Origin: Thioalkalivibrio sp.
GTDB taxonomy: Bacteria > Pseudomonadota > Gammaproteobacteria > Ectothiorhodospirales > Ectothiorhodospiraceae
NCBI GenBank assembly: GCA_007116035.1
Contig: SKJG01000076.1
Location: forward strand, 72,855 to 136,854
Length of the DNA stretch: 64,000 nucleotides
Direction: 5' to 3'
Position numbers and translations under genes: made by a program. Below are positions 61,283-64,000 of this stretch, piece by piece (position 1 is the first letter of the stretch; each line of letters begins with the position of its first letter). The notes beneath the pieces are model-generated. The model saw nothing but the letters and a program-made list of their open reading frames with translations. It did not search any database and was not told the origin of the DNA.

Positions 61283-62590
61283 TCATAGGGAGGCATGGGC
61301 AAATGAATCCAGGTTGCCGAGGACGCGCCGGGGAGCGCGTGCCTGCTTGGTTTCCGACTTGGTTTCCGACGGTTCCGATACCAGCGAGACCGCGCGGCTG
61401 AGCAGCCGCTGCACCCGGGCGGGCTGCAGATCCTCGGGCACACGCTGCCCCTCGCTGACGAACATCAATGGCAGGTCACCCCCGCAGAGCGCGGACAACA
61501 CCGGCCCGAGACTTGCCGCCTCGTCCAGTTTGGTGATCACGGCGCCCTCCAGCGGCAGGTGCGAGAAGGCCCGGAAGGTTTCCTCGAGCACCAGCTGCTG
61601 CGTATTCGCCGCCACCACCAACAGGGTGCGCAGGCTGGGGAGGGCCGCCAACCCCGCCATTTCCTCGGTGAGACGCAGATCCCTCTGGCTCATGCCGGCA
61701 GTATCCACGAACACCCGCTGCTTCTCGTTCAGCCCCGCCAGAATGTCACCCAGCTCCCGTCCCGTCTGCGCCAGATAGACCGGCACGCCAATGATCTGGC
61801 CGAAGGTCTGCAGCTGCCGATACGCACCGATGCGCACGGCATCGGTGGTCACGAGCGCCAGGGACTGCGGCCCGTGCCGCTGTGCGTAACGGGCCGCCAG
61901 CTTGGCCACGGTGGTCGTCTTGCCGACCCCGCTGGGACCGACCAGCGCGATGATACCCTCCCCGTCCAGCCGCGTCTCGGGCACCACCCGAATGCGCTCC
62001 GCCAGTGCTTCGAGGGCTTCGCGCCACGCCGGTTCGCCGCGATCCGGGCCACGCACGCCGCCGGCGATCTCCCGGGCCAGGCCGTCGTCCAGACCCAGCC
62101 GCTCGAGGCGGCTAACCAACTGGGCGCGTGCCGGCTCCCGCTGCCGGAGGTCGTTCCAGGCAAGGCTCGCCAGCTGGTCATGCAGCATGGAGCGCAGGCC
62201 CTCGATCTCTCGTTGCATGGCCACCAGGGTGGGATCCTGCGACCATTCGATGTCGCGGTCCCGGCGCTCCGGGCTCGGCTGCCACGGTGTCCGCGAGGGG
62301 ACCGCCGCGGATGCCGCCGTCGTTGGCTGCAGCGATTCCAATGGCTCCAACGCGTCCAGCGGTTCGCCCACCGTTTCCAGCGTTGGAGCCGGTGCCGGTG
62401 CCTGCCTTCCTGCACCGTCATCCGCGGCCATCTCGCTGAACATCGCCTGGTCGTAATCCATGGCGGCCACGATCTCGATCCCGCCCTCCACCCGGCGACT
62501 GGAGAGAATCACGGCGTCCGGCCCCTGTTCCTCGCGGACGAGTCGGATGGCTTGGCGCATGTCTGCTGCGAAAAAGCGTCTGATCTTCAT
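61283..62590 (-). CDS. flhF: Flagellar biosynthesis SRP-type GTPase FlhF
   Basis: 435 aa, beginning MKIRRFFAADMRQAIRLVREEQGPDAVILS (B domain). Followed by the GPSGVGKTTT, DTAG and TKLDE GTPase motifs. Confidence 0.94.
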   Translation of the reverse strand: MKIRRFFAADMRQAIRLVREEQGPDAVILSSRRVEGGIEIVAAMDYDQAMFSEMAADDGAGRQAPAPAPTLETVGEPLDALEPLESLQPTTAASAAVPSRTPWQPSPERRDRDIEWSQDPTLVAMQREIEGLRSMLHDQLASLAWNDLRQREPARAQLVSRLERLGLDDGLAREIAGGVRGPDRGEPAWREALEALAERIRVVPETRLDGEGIIALVGPSGVGKTTTVAKLAARYAQRHGPQSLALVTTDAVRIGAYRQLQTFGQIIGVPVYLAQTGRELGDILAGLNEKQRVFVDTAGMSQRDLRLTEEMAGLAALPSLRTLLVVAANTQQLVLEETFRAFSHLPLEGAVITKLDEAASLGPVLSALCGGDLPLMFVSEGQRVPEDLQPARVQRLLSRAVSLVSEPSETKSETKQARAPRRVLGNLDSFAHASL

Positions 62591-62727
62591 GGTCCCTACC
62601 GGTCAGTGCCTGCTGCGTCGATTGAAGCGGAGCCTGGCAGTCGACCACCGCGCAGGAGACGGAAGGATCCGCTCCCACCCGGCTCGCTGTCGTCCCTGCT
62701 CATCCCCCGCTCGCCCATTACCGTCCC

Positions 62728-64000
62728 CTACTTCTGTTCGTCCCTTCCGACGGTCGCCACCACACGAATGCGCTTGGTGTCCGGAATCTCTGTGTAGGCC
62801 AGCACGTTCAGTCCTCTCACGGCCGACCTCAGCCAGCGCGCGACCCAGGCCCGGATATCCGGGGAGACCACCACCACGGCCGGCTCACCCGCCATCTCCT
62901 GACGTTGGGCCGCTTCGGCGATGGACTTCTGGAGCCGCTCGGCAAGGCCTGGCTCGATGCCCGGACCGGAGCTGCCGGCGCCTTGCGAGGACTTCTGCAA
63001 GATCTGTTCCAAAGACGGGTCGAGGGCGATCAAAGGCAGCTCCGACGCCGTTCCGACGATGCCCTGCACGATCGCGCGGGACAGGGACACCCTCACGGCG
63101 GCGGTCAGAACGCCGGGATCCTGACTCTTGGCGCCGTGTTCCGCCAGGGTTTCGGCGATGGTCCGCATGTCCCGGATCGAAACCTGCTCCTCGAGGAGGT
63201 TCTGCATCACGCGCAGCACCACCCCCAGGCTCAAGGTCTTCGGCACCAGGTTCTCCACCAGTTTCGGCGACTGGCGCCCCAGCACGTCCAGCATGTGCTG
63301 GACCTCCTCGTGACCCAGCAGCTTCTGGGCCTGCTCCTTCAGCAGCTGCGAGAGGTGGGTGGCGACGACCGTCCCGGTATCGACCACGGTATAGCCGAGG
63401 CTCTGGGCCTGCTCACGCAGTGCCGGGTCGATCCAGACCGCGTCCAGTCCAAAGGTCGGATCCTTCGTCGCCGTGCCGGGGATCTCCCCGAAGACACGTC
63501 CCGGGTTGATCGCAAGTTCCTGGTCCGGGAAGACCTCTCCCTCGCCGACCGTGACACCCATCAGGGCGATCCGGTAGTGGTTCGGCCCAAGGTCCAGATC
63601 GTCGCGGATGTGCACCGGCTGGATCAGGAAACCCAGTTCCTGGGACAGCTTGCGCCGCACGCCCTTGATGCGGCCCATCAACTGGCCACCCTGGCTGCGG
63701 TCCACCAGCGGGATCAGCCGATACCCCACCTCCAGCCCGATCAGGTCCACCGGCGGCACGTCTTCCCACGAGAGCTCCCGCAGCTCCGGGTTGGACGGCG
63801 GACCCGCCGCGACCAGGGGCTCCATTCCCGCCGCCTCTTCCGCCGCGCGCCGCTGTGCAGTCAGATAGGCGCTCGCCGCCATCAACGTGGCCAGGGAGAT
63901 GAACACCAGGTTGGGCATCCCGGGAACCAGACCCAGAGAGCCCACCACGCCGGAGGCCACGTACATGGCCCGCGGAGTCGCGAACATCTGCTGGAACACC
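62728..64000 (-). CDS. flhA: Flagellar export apparatus protein FlhA, C-terminal part (gene continues past the window end)
   Basis: The frame is open to the window edge. A last TM segment is followed by the cytoplasmic domain (GYRLIPLVD, FLIQPVHIRDD, VVSPDIR). Confidence 0.93.
   Translation of the reverse strand, partial: VFQQMFATPRAMYVASGVVGSLGLVPGMPNLVFISLATLMAASAYLTAQRRAAEEAAGMEPLVAAGPPSNPELRELSWEDVPPVDLIGLEVGYRLIPLVDRSQGGQLMGRIKGVRRKLSQELGFLIQPVHIRDDLDLGPNHYRIALMGVTVGEGEVFPDQELAINPGRVFGEIPGTATKDPTFGLDAVWIDPALREQAQSLGYTVVDTGTVVATHLSQLLKEQAQKLLGHEEVQHMLDVLGRQSPKLVENLVPKTLSLGVVLRVMQNLLEEQVSIRDMRTIAETLAEHGAKSQDPGVLTAAVRVSLSRAIVQGIVGTASELPLIALDPSLEQILQKSSQGAGSSGPGIEPGLAERLQKSIAEAAQRQEMAGEPAVVVVSPDIRAWVARWLRSAVRGLNVLAYTEIPDTKRIRVVATVGRDEQK

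Overview
GC-rich gammaproteobacterial core-chromosome window, called from gene content, gene order and strongly G/C-biased third codon positions. I cannot name the genus from sequence alone. About 60 genes are readable. In order they are: nuoB'-nuoA, tRNA-Leu(GAG), secG-tpiA-glmM-folP-ftsH-rlmE, yhbY, greA-carB-carA-dapB, an MFS transporter, aroC, a PAS-GGDEF cyclase, a rhodanese, prmB, FimX-like protein 1, psd, epmA-efp/epmB, a 602-aa PilZ-like orphan, FimX-like protein 2, dnaJ-dnaK-grpE-hrcA, nadK-recN, fur, bamE, rnfH-ratA-NSS transporter, smpB, dnaQ-rnhA-methyltransferase, mltD, fabI, ppiD, yjbQ, an HDOD-GGDEF cyclase, an AAA/TM/SPOR protein, a two-gene minimal-secretin plus retropepsin-like operon, a FliK-like/FlhB-CTD-like pair, DUF2802, and motD-motC-fliA-fleN-flhF-flhA'. 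I saw no transposase, integrase, prophage, CRISPR array, rRNA or recognisable defence system. Most of the window is ordinary housekeeping DNA. Four things deserve a second look. (1) The best candidate for an undescribed system lies at 51.5-54.9 kb. It is a minimal (~270 aa) secretin-like protein co-transcribed with a retropepsin-like protein that has a DTD motif instead of DTG and an extra N-terminal beta-rich domain. This operon is convergent with an ExeA-architecture AAA/TM/Pro-rich/SPOR protein. (2) A c-di-GMP receptor locus contains two paralogous REC-like/PAS/degenerate-GGDEF/degenerate-EAL (FimX-type) proteins and a large orphan protein with a non-canonical PilZ-like C-terminus. (3) A ~120-bp palindromic element is built from helically phased CACGGA hexamers. 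It has two full copies and one end fragment, and one full copy appears inserted into a REP-like element. (4) The Pseudomonas-type flagellar cluster lacks the che genes and carries a 464-bp scar-like gap. All domain calls come from reading the translations by eye; no database search was run.
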